This document shows, piece after piece, positions 10,235 through 20,357 of a stretch of DNA of 64,000 nucleotides (its first letter is position 1; every line of letters starts with the position of its first letter). A program made the position numbers and the translations under genes. The notes beneath the pieces were generated by a model. The model was not told where the DNA came from. It ran no database searches and was given only the letters and a program-made list of their open reading frames with translations. Source of the stretch: an uncultured delta proteobacterium (GTDB taxonomy: Bacteria > Desulfobacterota > Binatia > UBA9968); NCBI GenBank assembly GCA_963755715.1, contig CAVWLW010000033.1:192001-256000 (forward strand). The letters are read 5' to 3'.

Positions 10235-11490
10235 ATGGCGGATGAATGGCACAGCGCGACGAGTGACATGGCGGTGCGGCAGTTTGACGTGGCCGCGAGC
10301 AAGCTCGGCATCGATGCCAACGTGGCGGCTCGCCTGCGCCGCCCCGATCGGGCGATGATCGTCAGCGTGCCGACTCGCATGGACGACGGCCGCGTGCAGG
10401 TTTTTACCGGCTATCGGGTTCAGCACAACGATGTGCTCGGTCCGTTCAAAGGCGGTATCCGTTATCACCCGGCGGTGAACCTCGGCGAAGTCTCGGCGCT
10501 GGCGATGTGGATGACCTGGAAATGCTCGCTGGTCGGCTTGCCGCTCGGCGGCGCGAAGGGCGGCATCGCTTGCGATCCCGCGCATCTTTCGCGCAGCGAG
10601 CTGCAGTCGATGACGCGGCGTTTTACCGCGGAAATATTGAATATCATCGGACCGGAAGTCGACGTGCCGGCGCCGGATATGGGAACCAACGAGCAGGTGA
10701 TGGCATGGATCATGGACACTTATTCTCAGCACAAGGGCCATGCTGTGCCGGAAATCGTGACGGGCAAGCCGGTGGCGATCGGTGGCACGCTCGGCCGGCG
10801 CGAAGCCACCGGCCGCGGCGTCGTTTATATGATCATTGAAGCGGCGCGCTATCTCGGTATCGATCTCTCCAAGTGCACCGCGGCGGTGCAGGGCTTCGGC
10901 AATGTCGGCTCGGTGGCCGTCAAAGAACTCGCAAACATCGGCGTCAAGATCATCGGGGTTTCCGATCGAACCGGCGGGTTCGTCGACACCAAAGGGTTGC
11001 CGGTGGACAAACTGCTCGAAGTCGCCGACAAGAATCACAGCCTCGAGGGCTGTCCCTACGGCGACAAGATTAGCAATGACGAAGTCTTGGAGCTGAAATG
11101 CGATATCCTGGTTCCGGCAGCGCTCGAGATGCAAATCACAGAAAAAAACGCGGCACGTTGCAATGCCGGATCCTTGCCGAGGGCGCGAACGGTCCGACCA
11201 CGCCCGAAGCCGATGCGATTCTGCACGATAAAGGGGTATTTTTAATCCCGGATATTTTGGCCAATGCCGGTGGGGTCGTGGTGTCGTATTTCGAGTGGGT
11301 GCAGGACTTGCAAAACTTTTTTTGGAACGAGGCGGAGGTCAATAACAAGCTGCGTGAAATTTTGCTCAAAGCTTTCCAAGAAGTGCTCGCAATGAGCCAG
11401 AAGCAATCGGTCAACATGCGTCTGGCGGCGCTGATGATCGGTATCGATCGCGTGGCGCGGGCGATGCTGTGGCGCGGGTTCTACGCGTAG
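10235..11490 (+). CDS. gdhA: Glu/Leu/Phe/Val dehydrogenase, glutamate dehydrogenase (frameshift near 11150)
   Basis: GPFKGGIR, GGAKGG, PAPD, GFGNVG; EGANGP and NAGGVVVSYFEW in a second frame. Confidence 0.9.
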
Positions 11491-11584
11491 CGGCATCGGT
11501 TATTTTACCAGCCGCGAGGACGCCGCATTGAAGCGGCGCCGATAAACTGTTAACCAACAGGGAGCAAATTTTAAGAGGTACGCA

Positions 11585-12145
11585 ATGGTTCAGGCGACCC
11601 AACTCAGACCCGGCATGATCATCATCCATGAGGGCGGCCTTTTTCGGGTGACGGCGGTGCATCATTTGACCCCGGGCAACAAGCGCGGCTTCATGCAAAC
11701 AAAAATGAAAAACTTGAAGACCGGCATCGGCACGGAATACAAATTCCGTTCCGAGGATCGGGTCGATCAAGCGATTCTCGATAACCGGCAAATGCAGTAC
11801 CTTTATGCCGAAGGGGACCTGCACACTTTTATGGATACGGAGACCTACGAGCAAATTACCTTGCCGGCCGAAGACATCGGCGATTTGCTCTCATACCTGT
11901 TGCCGAACTCGGTGGTTGGGATCGAATTTCACGATAGCAAACCGGTGGGGATCAATCCGCCGTCAACCGTTGATTTGGAAGTCGTCGATACCGAGCCTTC
12001 CATGAAAGGCGCCACCGCCAGCGCTTCGTATAAACCGGCGAAGCTAGAGACCGGCGTTATAGTCCAAGTGCCACCATTTGTTCAGGTGGGCGACAAGGTG
12101 CGCGTCGACCCGACTGACGGCTCGTATCAGGAGCGGGTCAAGTAG
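11585..12145 (+). CDS. efp: Elongation factor P
   Basis: MQYLY, FMDTETYEQ, KGATA, KPAKLETG..VPPFV. Confidence 0.95.
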   Translation: MVQATQLRPGMIIIHEGGLFRVTAVHHLTPGNKRGFMQTKMKNLKTGIGTEYKFRSEDRVDQAILDNRQMQYLYAEGDLHTFMDTETYEQITLPAEDIGDLLSYLLPNSVVGIEFHDSKPVGINPPSTVDLEVVDTEPSMKGATASASYKPAKLETGVIVQVPPFVQVGDKVRVDPTDGSYQERVK

Positions 12146-12734
12146 TTTTGATTTTTTCTAAAACCGCTTGGACTTGGCGCTTGAGGTCCTCCAGGCTGCC
12201 ATTATTTTCGATCACATAATCTGCGAGTCGCCGTTTTGCCTCCAAGCTCATCTGCGCATCGATATGCTTCTGGGCTTGTGCCGCGCTGAGATTGTCGCGG
12301 CTTTGTAAGCGGTTTCGTTGAGTGTCGACGTCGCAGGCGACCAGGATCACAGGACGCAGCCATTCTTGTAGGTTGCCTTCGAAGAGCAATGGCACTTCGT
12401 AAACGATCACGGCATAGCCGGCGGCCGCGTGCTCGCGGATGCGTTGTTCGGCCAGCGCGCGGACCTGCGGATGAATAATGGATTCGATTTTTTTTCGTGC
12501 TGCCGCATCATCAAATATGATCGCGCGCAGTTTTTGCCGATCGAGAGTGCGGTCCGGTTGCAGCACTGCGATGCCAAAGGTGTTAACAATCTCGGTCCAA
12601 GCTTGGTGGCCGGGTTCGACCACCTCGCGCGCCAGGACATCCGCGTTGATGATCGCGGCGCCCTGGCGCTTGAGAATTTCCGCAACCGTGCTTTTCCCCG
12701 AGGCGATGCCGCCGGTTAAGCCGACTAATTTCAC
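12138..12734 (-). CDS. coaE: Dephospho-CoA kinase
   Basis: GLTGGIASGKS, LDRQKL, IIHP, VPLLFE. Confidence 0.95.
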   Translation of the reverse strand: MKLVGLTGGIASGKSTVAEILKRQGAAIINADVLAREVVEPGHQAWTEIVNTFGIAVLQPDRTLDRQKLRAIIFDDAAARKKIESIIHPQVRALAEQRIREHAAAGYAVIVYEVPLLFEGNLQEWLRPVILVACDVDTQRNRLQSRDNLSAAQAQKHIDAQMSLEAKRRLADYVIENNGSLEDLKRQVQAVLEKIKTT

Positions 12735-12823
12735 GCCACACTAATGGCAAAATAGCAGCCGGCATTCAAGCAACGCCTAAGCAGGACGAATATGTTATGA
12801 TGGTGTTGGAGGTCGTGCTTCAC

Positions 12824-13078
12824 ATGGCCCAAGTGGTGATCTATACAACGAGTTATTGTCCGTATTGTACCGGTGCCAAGTCTTTACTACGGTCGAAAGA
12901 GGTAACTTTCGAAGAGATCGACGTAACCCATGATCCGCAGCGGCGAGCCGAAATGGAAACGCGCTCAGGGCGGTTCACAGTGCCGCAAATATTTATCGAT
13001 GGCGAGCCGATCGGCGGTTACGACGATGCGCGGCAACTGGACGCAAGCGGCGAGCTGGATCGTTTGTTGGGGCGGTAA
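12824..13078 (+). CDS. grxC: Glutaredoxin 3
   Basis: CPYC, TVPQIFI, IGGYDD. Confidence 0.95.
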   Translation: MAQVVIYTTSYCPYCTGAKSLLRSKEVTFEEIDVTHDPQRRAEMETRSGRFTVPQIFIDGEPIGGYDDARQLDASGELDRLLGR

Positions 13079-13150
13079 ATGTTAGGCGATGACAACAGTA
13101 AATCCGTATTGAAGTTGACGGTTCGCGTCCGGAAACGATCAGCGGGAAAC

Positions 13151-13226
13151 TGGAGGCGGCGAGCGGATTCGAACCGCTGCATCGAGGTTTTGCAGACCTC
13201 TCCCTTAACCACTTGGGTACGCCGCC
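13151..13226 (-). tRNA. tRNA-Cys(GCA)
   Basis: GGCGGCG acceptor stem, GAGGT-CTGCAAA-ACCTC anticodon arm, GGTTCGAATCC T-loop, encoded CCA. Confidence 0.97.
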
Positions 13227-13331
13227 CTCGCCATGACAGGTAACATGAACGTTCGCCGACTTTCAACAACGGCGTAAATTATTGACAACCTAGAGCGAAA
13301 CACGTAATTAAAAAATTTAGGAGTTTTTGCT

Positions 13332-14681
13332 ATGGCGACGATGATTACCAGTGATTGCATTAATTGCGGGGCCTGTGAGCCGGAGTGCCCGAATAACGCA
13401 ATCAGCCAGGGTGATCCCGTTTATGTGATCGATCCGCTGCTGTGCACCGAGTGCGTCGGCTTTCATGACTACGAAGCCTGCGCGGCGGTTTGCCCGGTCG
13501 ATGTTTGTGTGACCGATCAAAACAATATTGAAAGCGAAGAGGTTCTTATCGCGCGCGCGCGCGCGTTGCATCCCGAGACCGACTTTGGCGAGAATTTTCA
13601 ATCTCGTTTCAGAAAAGGACCAGCCGACGGCGCAGCGGCTCCGAGCGTCCAAGCAGAGGCTCAGGTAGAAAAACCCGCCGCCGCTGCTGCTCCGATCCCG
13701 GCATCAAAGCCAGCCGCGGTGCCAAGTTCGCAGATAGCTAAAACACCATCACCTCCTCCGCCGCTCGCTGCCGCGCCGAAACCTGTGCCTGCCAAAAAAG
13801 AGCCGCGGCCGAAAAAAACTTTTCCGCACGAGCTATCGATTAGCTATGAAGAAGCGGCGAAGGAATACGGTCGCGCCGGAACAACTCTTAAAGGAATAGC
13901 TTGGTGGATGGTAATTTTACTCCAGCCGGTGATCGGTGCGTTGCCGCACAGTATCAAGAAGCGGCTCGAAATGGCGATGCAGACACCATTGTTCACTGCG
14001 GCCGGGAGCACCGGACTCAATATTGTTCACAACGCAGTTTTGTATCCGCTGGTTTGTATGGCGATCGCCGCGGCAACCAACGGTGTGCAGGTGATATTTA
14101 GCCAAGATATCAACAAGTACGTTGTGATCGGATTATTACTCGCCACGGTGGAAGGAGTTATTCGATTAAAAGATGGTATTTTTAAGGCTAAGCCGGCGAA
14201 TGAAATGACTTTCCTGCCTTCTTTTTACGGCGTGCCGCTGGCCATAGCTGCCGATTTTCTCCTGGCCAAATATACCGGGTTGGTCAGAGAGATTCCTGTT
14301 CCGGTAGAAGGCTTTTACTCCAAAGGGTTTGTCGACAAGCTTGAAAGAGAGCGACGTTACGGCAACGTTTATACGGTGGAGGATCGTGGCGCGTCTTATC
14401 TCGTGCGCATGGAGTTTCCACGCTGGATACCGGATATTGGTATAGCCAGCCGGACACAATTATCGGACGAAATGCCGGACTACGATTACGACTTGCTATT
14501 GCAAGACGAACAGCTCGTCGTCAAGGGAAAATGTTCGGACGAGAAAGTGCGGAAGATTTCCTCTAGCGTGGGAGCCTTTCCGCCGGAGTTCACAACGGTG
14601 ATTCCATTTCGCGACAGAATTGTCGGGCTGGCGCACCATTTCGAAAATAAACTTCTCGAAGTATTGCTGGTAAAAGCATAA
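13332..14681 (+). CDS. YfhL-like 2[4Fe-4S] ferredoxin fused to a membrane domain and a C-terminal beta domain
   Basis: CINCGACEPECP and CTECVG..C..VCP; Pro/Ala/Lys linker; several hydrophobic helices. Confidence 0.8.
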   Translation: MATMITSDCINCGACEPECPNNAISQGDPVYVIDPLLCTECVGFHDYEACAAVCPVDVCVTDQNNIESEEVLIARARALHPETDFGENFQSRFRKGPADGAAAPSVQAEAQVEKPAAAAAPIPASKPAAVPSSQIAKTPSPPPPLAAAPKPVPAKKEPRPKKTFPHELSISYEEAAKEYGRAGTTLKGIAWWMVILLQPVIGALPHSIKKRLEMAMQTPLFTAAGSTGLNIVHNAVLYPLVCMAIAAATNGVQVIFSQDINKYVVIGLLLATVEGVIRLKDGIFKAKPANEMTFLPSFYGVPLAIAADFLLAKYTGLVREIPVPVEGFYSKGFVDKLERERRYGNVYTVEDRGASYLVRMEFPRWIPDIGIASRTQLSDEMPDYDYDLLLQDEQLVVKGKCSDEKVRKISSSVGAFPPEFTTVIPFRDRIVGLAHHFENKLLEVLLVKA

Positions 14682-14697
14682 GAGCGATCGCGGGAGC

Positions 14698-15237
14698 GTG
14701 AAGATCGATAGCGAAGCCAAAACAGGGCTGAATTCTTTCGAAGGGCCACAGGAGGATCTCGCCTGTGGCCCTTTTGCGTCCGGCGACATCGTGCGATTTC
14801 GTCCGATGACCACAGCGGATTTAGATGAGGTCATGGTCATTGAACGGACCTCGTTTCGCTTTCCGTGGAGTACCGGGTTTTTTCTGCAGGAACTGCAAGT
14901 CGCATGCGCGCGTTCGATCCTCGCTGAGATTGATGGCCGAATTGTCGGCTATGTTCTTTTCTGGATGCTACCGGGCGCATTGGATATTCATAACATCGCG
15001 GTGCATGTCGATTTTCGCCGGCGCGGCATTGCTCGTGTGCTCTTGGGGCAGGTCGTTAGCGAAGCCAAACGCCAATCTAATGTTCGTGTGATGCTTGAGG
15101 TTCGTCGATCAAATATTCAAGCGCAAAAACTTTATGAATCACTGGGGTTTGTCGCCACAGGGATACGTAAAGGCTACTATTCCGATGACGGCGAAGATGC
15201 CTTAGCGATGACGCTTGAACTCGTCTCCAAGGACTGA
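14698..15237 (+). CDS. rimI: Ribosomal protein alanine N-acetyltransferase (start may be 14806)
   Basis: HNIAV..RRRGIA, LEVRRSN, RKGYY..EDA. Confidence 0.9.
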   Translation: MKIDSEAKTGLNSFEGPQEDLACGPFASGDIVRFRPMTTADLDEVMVIERTSFRFPWSTGFFLQELQVACARSILAEIDGRIVGYVLFWMLPGALDIHNIAVHVDFRRRGIARVLLGQVVSEAKRQSNVRVMLEVRRSNIQAQKLYESLGFVATGIRKGYYSDDGEDALAMTLELVSKD

Positions 15238-15338
15238 ATTACAACTTCAAACCTGTCTATTTGTTGATTTTTAGTGAATATTAATATTCGACGTTTAAAC
15301 TATTGAAAGCACAGTTCTTTCAGTACTTCGCCCTGCCC

Positions 15339-15368
15339 TTGACGCCTTCTCGATGTCTGGTGTATAAC
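15339..15368 (+). promoter_or_regulatory. Sigma70-type promoter of carD
   Basis: TTGACG-18nt-TATAAC, about 260 nt upstream of the ATG. Confidence 0.55.
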
Positions 15369-15630
15369 TAATCTGTTAGAAAGAAGTTAAATAGCGGTCA
15401 GCTTTACCGACCGCTAATTTTTTTGATAGGTCCCCCGAGGTCGGGGGGACGAAAGAGAGCGGCGCTTTAGAGATGTTTTGTCCACAAACTAACTCCAGTC
15501 AGCCGCTCAGCCAAGTCAGCTTCTCCCAATCCTTCTCTCCTCAGCAACAGCTTCAAGCCTTCATTAGTCAGTCCCAGCGCAAATTCAGTATTGGTCAAAG
15601 CGGTGAAAGTTTTGATTCAGGAGGATCCAT

Positions 15631-16113
15631 ATGTTCAAGGTAGGCGAGAAAGTCGTTTACCCTGCCCACGGGGTAGGGGAAATTGAAGCGATACGTTCCC
15701 ATGTAATATCGGGTACCGAGAGAAAGTTTTATATGCTGCGCATTCTCGAGTCCGATATGAAGATCATGATACCGATCGACAATGTAGAATCGGTGGGCTT
15801 GCGTAAAATAATTGACCGCGCCATGGTTACCAAAGTATATAAAGTCTTACGCCAGAAAAAGGTCGAAACCGACCAACAGACTTGGAATCGCCGCTATCGC
15901 GAATACACGGAAAAAATCAAGACCGGATCCATCCTTGAGATAGCCAAGGTATTGCGCGATTTATTTGTTCTCAAAGGCGACAAGGAACTTTCCTTTGGTG
16001 AGCGAAAGATGTTGGACACGGCGCGTAATCTTTTAGTTAAAGAGTTGTCGATCGCGCGCTCTCATTCCGAAGAAAAGATCATGGAAGAGTTGCGCCATAT
16101 TTTTACTCACTGA
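15631..16113 (+). CDS. carD: CarD/CdnL transcription factor
   Basis: FKVGEKVVYPAHGVG, WNRRYRE, LSFGERKML. Confidence 0.95.
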   Translation: MFKVGEKVVYPAHGVGEIEAIRSHVISGTERKFYMLRILESDMKIMIPIDNVESVGLRKIIDRAMVTKVYKVLRQKKVETDQQTWNRRYREYTEKIKTGSILEIAKVLRDLFVLKGDKELSFGERKMLDTARNLLVKELSIARSHSEEKIMEELRHIFTH

Positions 16114-16140
16114 CCTGGCCTGATTTATTATTGTTTTCCA

Positions 16141-16175
16141 AGAGCCGAGAGCATTGCCCTCGGCTCTTTTGTTTT
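16141..16175 (+). terminator. Intrinsic terminator after carD
   Basis: AGAGCCGAG-loop-CTCGGCTCT followed by TTTGTTTT. Confidence 0.7.
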
Positions 16176-16181
16176 GCGCCC

Positions 16182-16883
16182 ATGAATCATGTAACCGCAA
16201 TCATTCTTGCTGCCGGGACAGGCCGCCGGATCGGCGGCGACCTGTCCAAGACCTATTTGCCTGTGGCTGGGCGGCCATTGGTGCTGCGCACCTTGGATCG
16301 AATGTTCTCGTCGACGCTGATCGAAAAGGTGATCTTGGTGATCGGCGTGGCTGATCTTGAGCATTGTACAGCGATGTTGCGCACCGATCCGGCGCTGCAA
16401 AAACGTTCTTGGATTTTGCAGACCGGTGGCGCGACGCGCCAACAATCCGCTAGGCGCGGTTTAGAGAAGATTGCGCTGGATACCAATCTCGTCGTCATCC
16501 ACGACGGTGCTCGGCCTTTTGCGTCGACCGAACTCATCGATCGCTGCATCGATGCCGCGGCCATCCACGGCGCAGCGGTGCCGGGATTACCGGTGCGCGA
16601 TACGATTAAAGTTGTGTCAGGAGAGCAATGGATTGAAAGTACACCGGACCGAAACAAGCTCTGGGAAATACAAACGCCGCAGGTCTTTCAGCGCGAGTTG
16701 ATTGTCGCGGCACATGAACAAGCGGCGAAGGAAAGCGCGGAATTTACCGACGACGCGATGGTGGTGGAGCGGTTCGGCAAGCCGGTTTTCGTGGTTCAAG
16801 GTGAACCAACGAATATTAAAATCACCGTGCTCGAAGACTTGTGGTTCGCCGAAACCTTGATCCGGCAAGGCCGGGTGCCTTAG
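16182..16883 (+). CDS. ispD: 2-C-methyl-D-erythritol 4-phosphate cytidylyltransferase
   Basis: ILAAGTG, HDGARP, QTPQ, TDD, NIKIT. Confidence 0.95.
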   Translation: MNHVTAIILAAGTGRRIGGDLSKTYLPVAGRPLVLRTLDRMFSSTLIEKVILVIGVADLEHCTAMLRTDPALQKRSWILQTGGATRQQSARRGLEKIALDTNLVVIHDGARPFASTELIDRCIDAAAIHGAAVPGLPVRDTIKVVSGEQWIESTPDRNKLWEIQTPQVFQRELIVAAHEQAAKESAEFTDDAMVVERFGKPVFVVQGEPTNIKITVLEDLWFAETLIRQGRVP

Positions 16884-17692
16884 ACGGCTTTTTTTTGCAT
16901 GACCTCGTTCAGGCTGCCGCTGCGGAACCCTTGCAGATCGACGCTTACGTAGTTGAATCCAACTTCTTTGAATCTCTTCACGATGGCATCCCGGGTCGCC
17001 TTGTCGAACAGGCGGTCGATTTCCTGTTGCGCAACTTCGATTCTTGCGAGGTCGCCGTGAAAACGCACGCGAAACTCGCGGAAGTGAAGCGACTTCATGA
17101 AGACTTCACAGCTGCCGACTTTGTGTAACCGTTCGAGAGTGATTGTCGTTCCATAAGGAAATCGCGAAGAAAGGCATGGGCTCGATGGCTTATCCCATGT
17201 CGGCAGGTCGAGCTCACGGCTATAACGCCGGATGTCATCCTTTGTTATCTCGGCTTCGACCAAAGGATGCCGTACGCCCCATTCATTTGCCGCTTTCAGT
17301 CCGGGCCGATGATCCTGCAAATCGTCCAGATTGGTCCCGTCGACAATCGTGGCTATGCCGAGCTTGTCGGCCTCGGCGCGACAGATCCGATACAATTCGT
17401 CTTTGCAGAAAAAACAGCGATTCACCGGATTCTGCGCATACGACGGATTTGCCAATTCATGGGACTCAAGGACAATGTGACGGCAGCCCAAGCGACCGGC
17501 GAATTCTTTGGCAGCGTCGAGATCCCACGGCGGCGCGCTGGGTGAAGATGCGGTCAATGCCACAACCCCGTCACCAAGAGCGAGATGCGCGGCTTTGAGC
17601 AGGAAAGTCGAATCAACGCCGGCAGAAAACGCGACCAACAACGAATCGTGTTCGCGAAGGAGCTGGGTCAGGCGTTCGAATTTTGCGTCCAT
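16880..17692 (-). CDS. larE: ATP-dependent sulfur transferase LarE
   Basis: [10 protein letters not shown]-loop, [29 protein letters not shown]. Confidence 0.9.
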   Translation of the reverse strand: MDAKFERLTQLLREHDSLLVAFSAGVDSTFLLKAAHLALGDGVVALTASSPSAPPWDLDAAKEFAGRLGCRHIVLESHELANPSYAQNPVNRCFFCKDELYRICRAEADKLGIATIVDGTNLDDLQDHRPGLKAANEWGVRHPLVEAEITKDDIRRYSRELDLPTWDKPSSPCLSSRFPYGTTITLERLHKVGSCEVFMKSLHFREFRVRFHGDLARIEVAQQEIDRLFDKATRDAIVKRFKEVGFNYVSVDLQGFRSGSLNEVMQKKAV

Positions 17693-18621
17693 CGTTTGTC
17701 GCTAAAAAGATCCGTGCTCAGATAATGTTCGCCCTTGTCGGCAAAGATAGTGACGACGACATGGCCTTTGCCCAAACTCTTGGCTACCTTCAACGCGGCG
17801 CAACAGGCGGCGCCCGAAGAAATACCGACGAGCAGCCCTTCTTCGGCCGCCAACCGACGCGCATGATGGGTCGCTTCTTCGTCGCTGACTTTAATTATTT
17901 CGTCAAGGATCTGTCGATTCAAGACCGCCGGAACAAAGCCGGCGCCGATTCCTTGGATTTTGTGATAACCGGGTTCTCCTCCGGAAATCACCGGTGAAGC
18001 CGCGGGTTCCACCGCGCAAATCCGCACGCCCTTCATCTTCTCCTTCAGCACTTCGCCGACTCCGGTAATCGTCCCGCCGGTGCCCACGCCGGCGACGAAC
18101 GCGTCGATGCGTTTAAACTGCTTCAGTAATTCGACGGCCGTGGTCTTTCGATGCACATCCGGATTTGCCGGATTGTTGAACTGCTGCGGCATGAAATATT
18201 CGCCATTTTGCTCTAGTAACTCCTCGGCTTTGTGAATTGCCCCGCCCATCCCTTTGGTATCAGGGGTCAAGATCAAACGCGCACCATAAGCGCAGAGCAG
18301 GCTGCGGCGCTCTTCGCTCATCGTGTCGGGCATCGTCAATATCAGCCGATAACCCTTAACGGCGGCGATCAAGGCAAGACCGATCCCCGTGTTGCCGCTA
18401 GTCGGTTCGACGATCGTCGCACCGGGCTTGAGCTTTCCTTGGCGCTCGGCCGTCTCAATCATGTTGAGACAGATGCGATCCTTGACTGAACCTCCCGGGT
18501 TAAATGATTCCATTTTCGCCCATACTTCGGCGTCATCTTTCCCCGGCAGTGTCCTTAGCTTAACCACGGGGGTGGAGCCGATGAGATCCAGAACGGATCG
18601 GGCGCCATTCAAGTTCGTCAC
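17668..18621 (-). CDS. cysK: Cysteine synthase A
   Basis: [29 protein letters not shown]. Confidence 0.95.
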   Translation of the reverse strand: MTNLNGARSVLDLIGSTPVVKLRTLPGKDDAEVWAKMESFNPGGSVKDRICLNMIETAERQGKLKPGATIVEPTSGNTGIGLALIAAVKGYRLILTMPDTMSEERRSLLCAYGARLILTPDTKGMGGAIHKAEELLEQNGEYFMPQQFNNPANPDVHRKTTAVELLKQFKRIDAFVAGVGTGGTITGVGEVLKEKMKGVRICAVEPAASPVISGGEPGYHKIQGIGAGFVPAVLNRQILDEIIKVSDEEATHHARRLAAEEGLLVGISSGAACCAALKVAKSLGKGHVVVTIFADKGEHYLSTDLFSDKRWTQNSNA

Positions 18622-18647
18622 TGATTTGCTCGTCTTTCGTTAAAGGC

Positions 18648-19733
18648 GTGAAATTAGAATTGCCGCTCAGCAAATGCTATATTTTCGACTCCTTAAAGTC
18701 AATGAAAACAGCGGCTGCCAATGACTCCGCGTTGGTTCGAGACCGGATCTGCGCGATATTTCCCGGCGCTCTCGGCGACTTCGTCTGTTTCCTCCCGGCG
18801 CTACGGATACTGGCGGATGCTGCCGACGTGGACCTTTTCGCGCGCGGCGAATTCGCCACGCTTGTTCCCCGCGGAGTTGCGGCGCGCTCGCTGGAGCGGC
18901 CCGAAGTCCGCAACCTCTTCGTTGAAGATGAAGTCGCGCTGGAATCTCTGCAGGGTTTCTTCGGCGCTTACTCTGCGGTTTATTCATGGTTGGGAAGTCA
19001 ACAAAAAGAGTTTGTCCGCCGGCTGCAACGGGTCGCGCCCGGCAAAGCGCGCATATTTCCTTTCGCGCCCACCCATGCGCGGTTACACCAGACCGATTAT
19101 TATCTCGGCTGTTTGAACTTAAGTTCGCTCGCCGGCGCTCAACCGGTAATCGAGCTGAATCGGCACGAAGCGGCCTGGTGCGATGAATTTTTTTCACTGC
19201 ACGACCTTCATCGCCGTCCGATTTTAGCGATGGCCGCCGGAAGCGGCGCGCGGGAAAAAAATTGGCCGGAGGAATTTTTTCTAGCTGTCGCCGAGTGGTG
19301 GCGCGATCGCATCGGCGGCGCAATCATTTTACTCGTCGGTCCGGTCGAGGAAGAGCGCGGCGGCATTGAACGGCTTGATCGCCAGTGTGTCGTGGTGCGT
19401 GGATTAAGTTTGTCGCAGGTCGCGGCGTTGATCGCGCGCAGCCATGTTTATCTGGGTAACGACAGCGGCGTATCGCATGTCGCCGCGGCTACTGGTGTTC
19501 GGAGCGTCGTTCTGTTCGGTCCTTCCGCCGCCGAGCAATGGGCGCCGCGCGGGCGAAAAGTCGAGATCCTTAGCCGTAACATCGAGTGCTCGCCCTGTTC
19601 GGAGCGGCTGATGAAAAATTGCTGGCATCGTTCTTGTTTGACCGCTTTCGAATCCAAGGAAGTTATCAGGTTCTTAGCGCACTTGCCGGAGGTCCTTACC
19701 TTGACAAGGGCTAGGCCAGGGATTACAGTTTGA
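18648..19733 (+). CDS. Glycosyltransferase family 9 (heptosyltransferase-like)
   Basis: GALGD, KNWP, GNDSGVSH, LFGP. Confidence 0.85.
   Translation: MKLELPLSKCYIFDSLKSMKTAAANDSALVRDRICAIFPGALGDFVCFLPALRILADAADVDLFARGEFATLVPRGVAARSLERPEVRNLFVEDEVALESLQGFFGAYSAVYSWLGSQQKEFVRRLQRVAPGKARIFPFAPTHARLHQTDYYLGCLNLSSLAGAQPVIELNRHEAAWCDEFFSLHDLHRRPILAMAAGSGAREKNWPEEFFLAVAEWWRDRIGGAIILLVGPVEEERGGIERLDRQCVVVRGLSLSQVAALIARSHVYLGNDSGVSHVAAATGVRSVVLFGPSAAEQWAPRGRKVEILSRNIECSPCSERLMKNCWHRSCLTAFESKEVIRFLAHLPEVLTLTRARPGITV
19701..19729 (+). promoter_or_regulatory. Sigma70-type promoter upstream of DUF1844-degP
   Basis: TTGACA-17nt-TACAGT. Confidence 0.55.
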
Positions 19734-19913
19734 GCCAAGCATAGCCAACAAAAATTGCGCAAAAACATTGATTTAATACTGAGGCGTGTAGAGAGTGTGC
19801 GCCGGGCCGGCGCATATTAAGATCCTTACTGCGCAAAACGACGCCTGAGAATCCAGCGGCATGCGCGCCGCGTGATTCCCAGGCTTTTTTTCGCGTCTAT
19901 TCAGGAGTCCAGC

Positions 19914-20348
19914 ATGGCTAATGAGGAAGGAAAACCAGCTGAAGGCAAAGGATTTACGATCCAGGATCGGCGGCGTTTCTCGCCCGATACCGGTGAAGCC
20001 CGCGAAAAGGTGTCCGAAGAAACCGAAGGGACTTCGCGCGCGGCCGAGCAGAGCGCCGAAAGCGCTGGGCGTTCTGAGGCGGTGGAGCAAGAACCGCTGC
20101 CGGAGATCAACTTTTCGACCTTCGTTATCAGTTTGAGCACGCAAGCGCTCATGCATCTCGGGGAGATCGGCAATCCGATCAGCGGAAAAGTTGAAACCGA
20201 CGTGCCGGTGGCGAAACAGATGATCGATATTTTGGCCATGCTCAAAGATAAAACGCGAGGCAATCTCGACCCGAACGAAGATCGTTTGATGCAAGATATT
20301 CTCTTCGATCTGCGCATGAAGTATGTCGAAGCGGTTAAGAAGCGATAG
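19914..20348 (+). CDS. DUF1844-like protein
   Basis: FVISLSTQALMHLG, IDILAML..KTRGNL, LRMKYV. Confidence 0.8.
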   Translation: MANEEGKPAEGKGFTIQDRRRFSPDTGEAREKVSEETEGTSRAAEQSAESAGRSEAVEQEPLPEINFSTFVISLSTQALMHLGEIGNPISGKVETDVPVAKQMIDILAMLKDKTRGNLDPNEDRLMQDILFDLRMKYVEAVKKR

Positions 20349-20357
20349 GAGTTAGCG

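Noticed and set aside
10220-11134. Long antisense ORFs (this one, 21219-22133, 56746-57774 and others)
   Set aside because: Shadow ORFs of GC-rich genes with no recognisable motifs.
13100-13330. tRNA-Cys as an integration site
   Set aside because: No integrase or duplicated tRNA 3' end was seen, and the flanks are housekeeping genes.
15631-16883. carD-ispD linkage as novel
   Set aside because: This is a well-known conserved arrangement; only the absence of an adjacent ispF differs.
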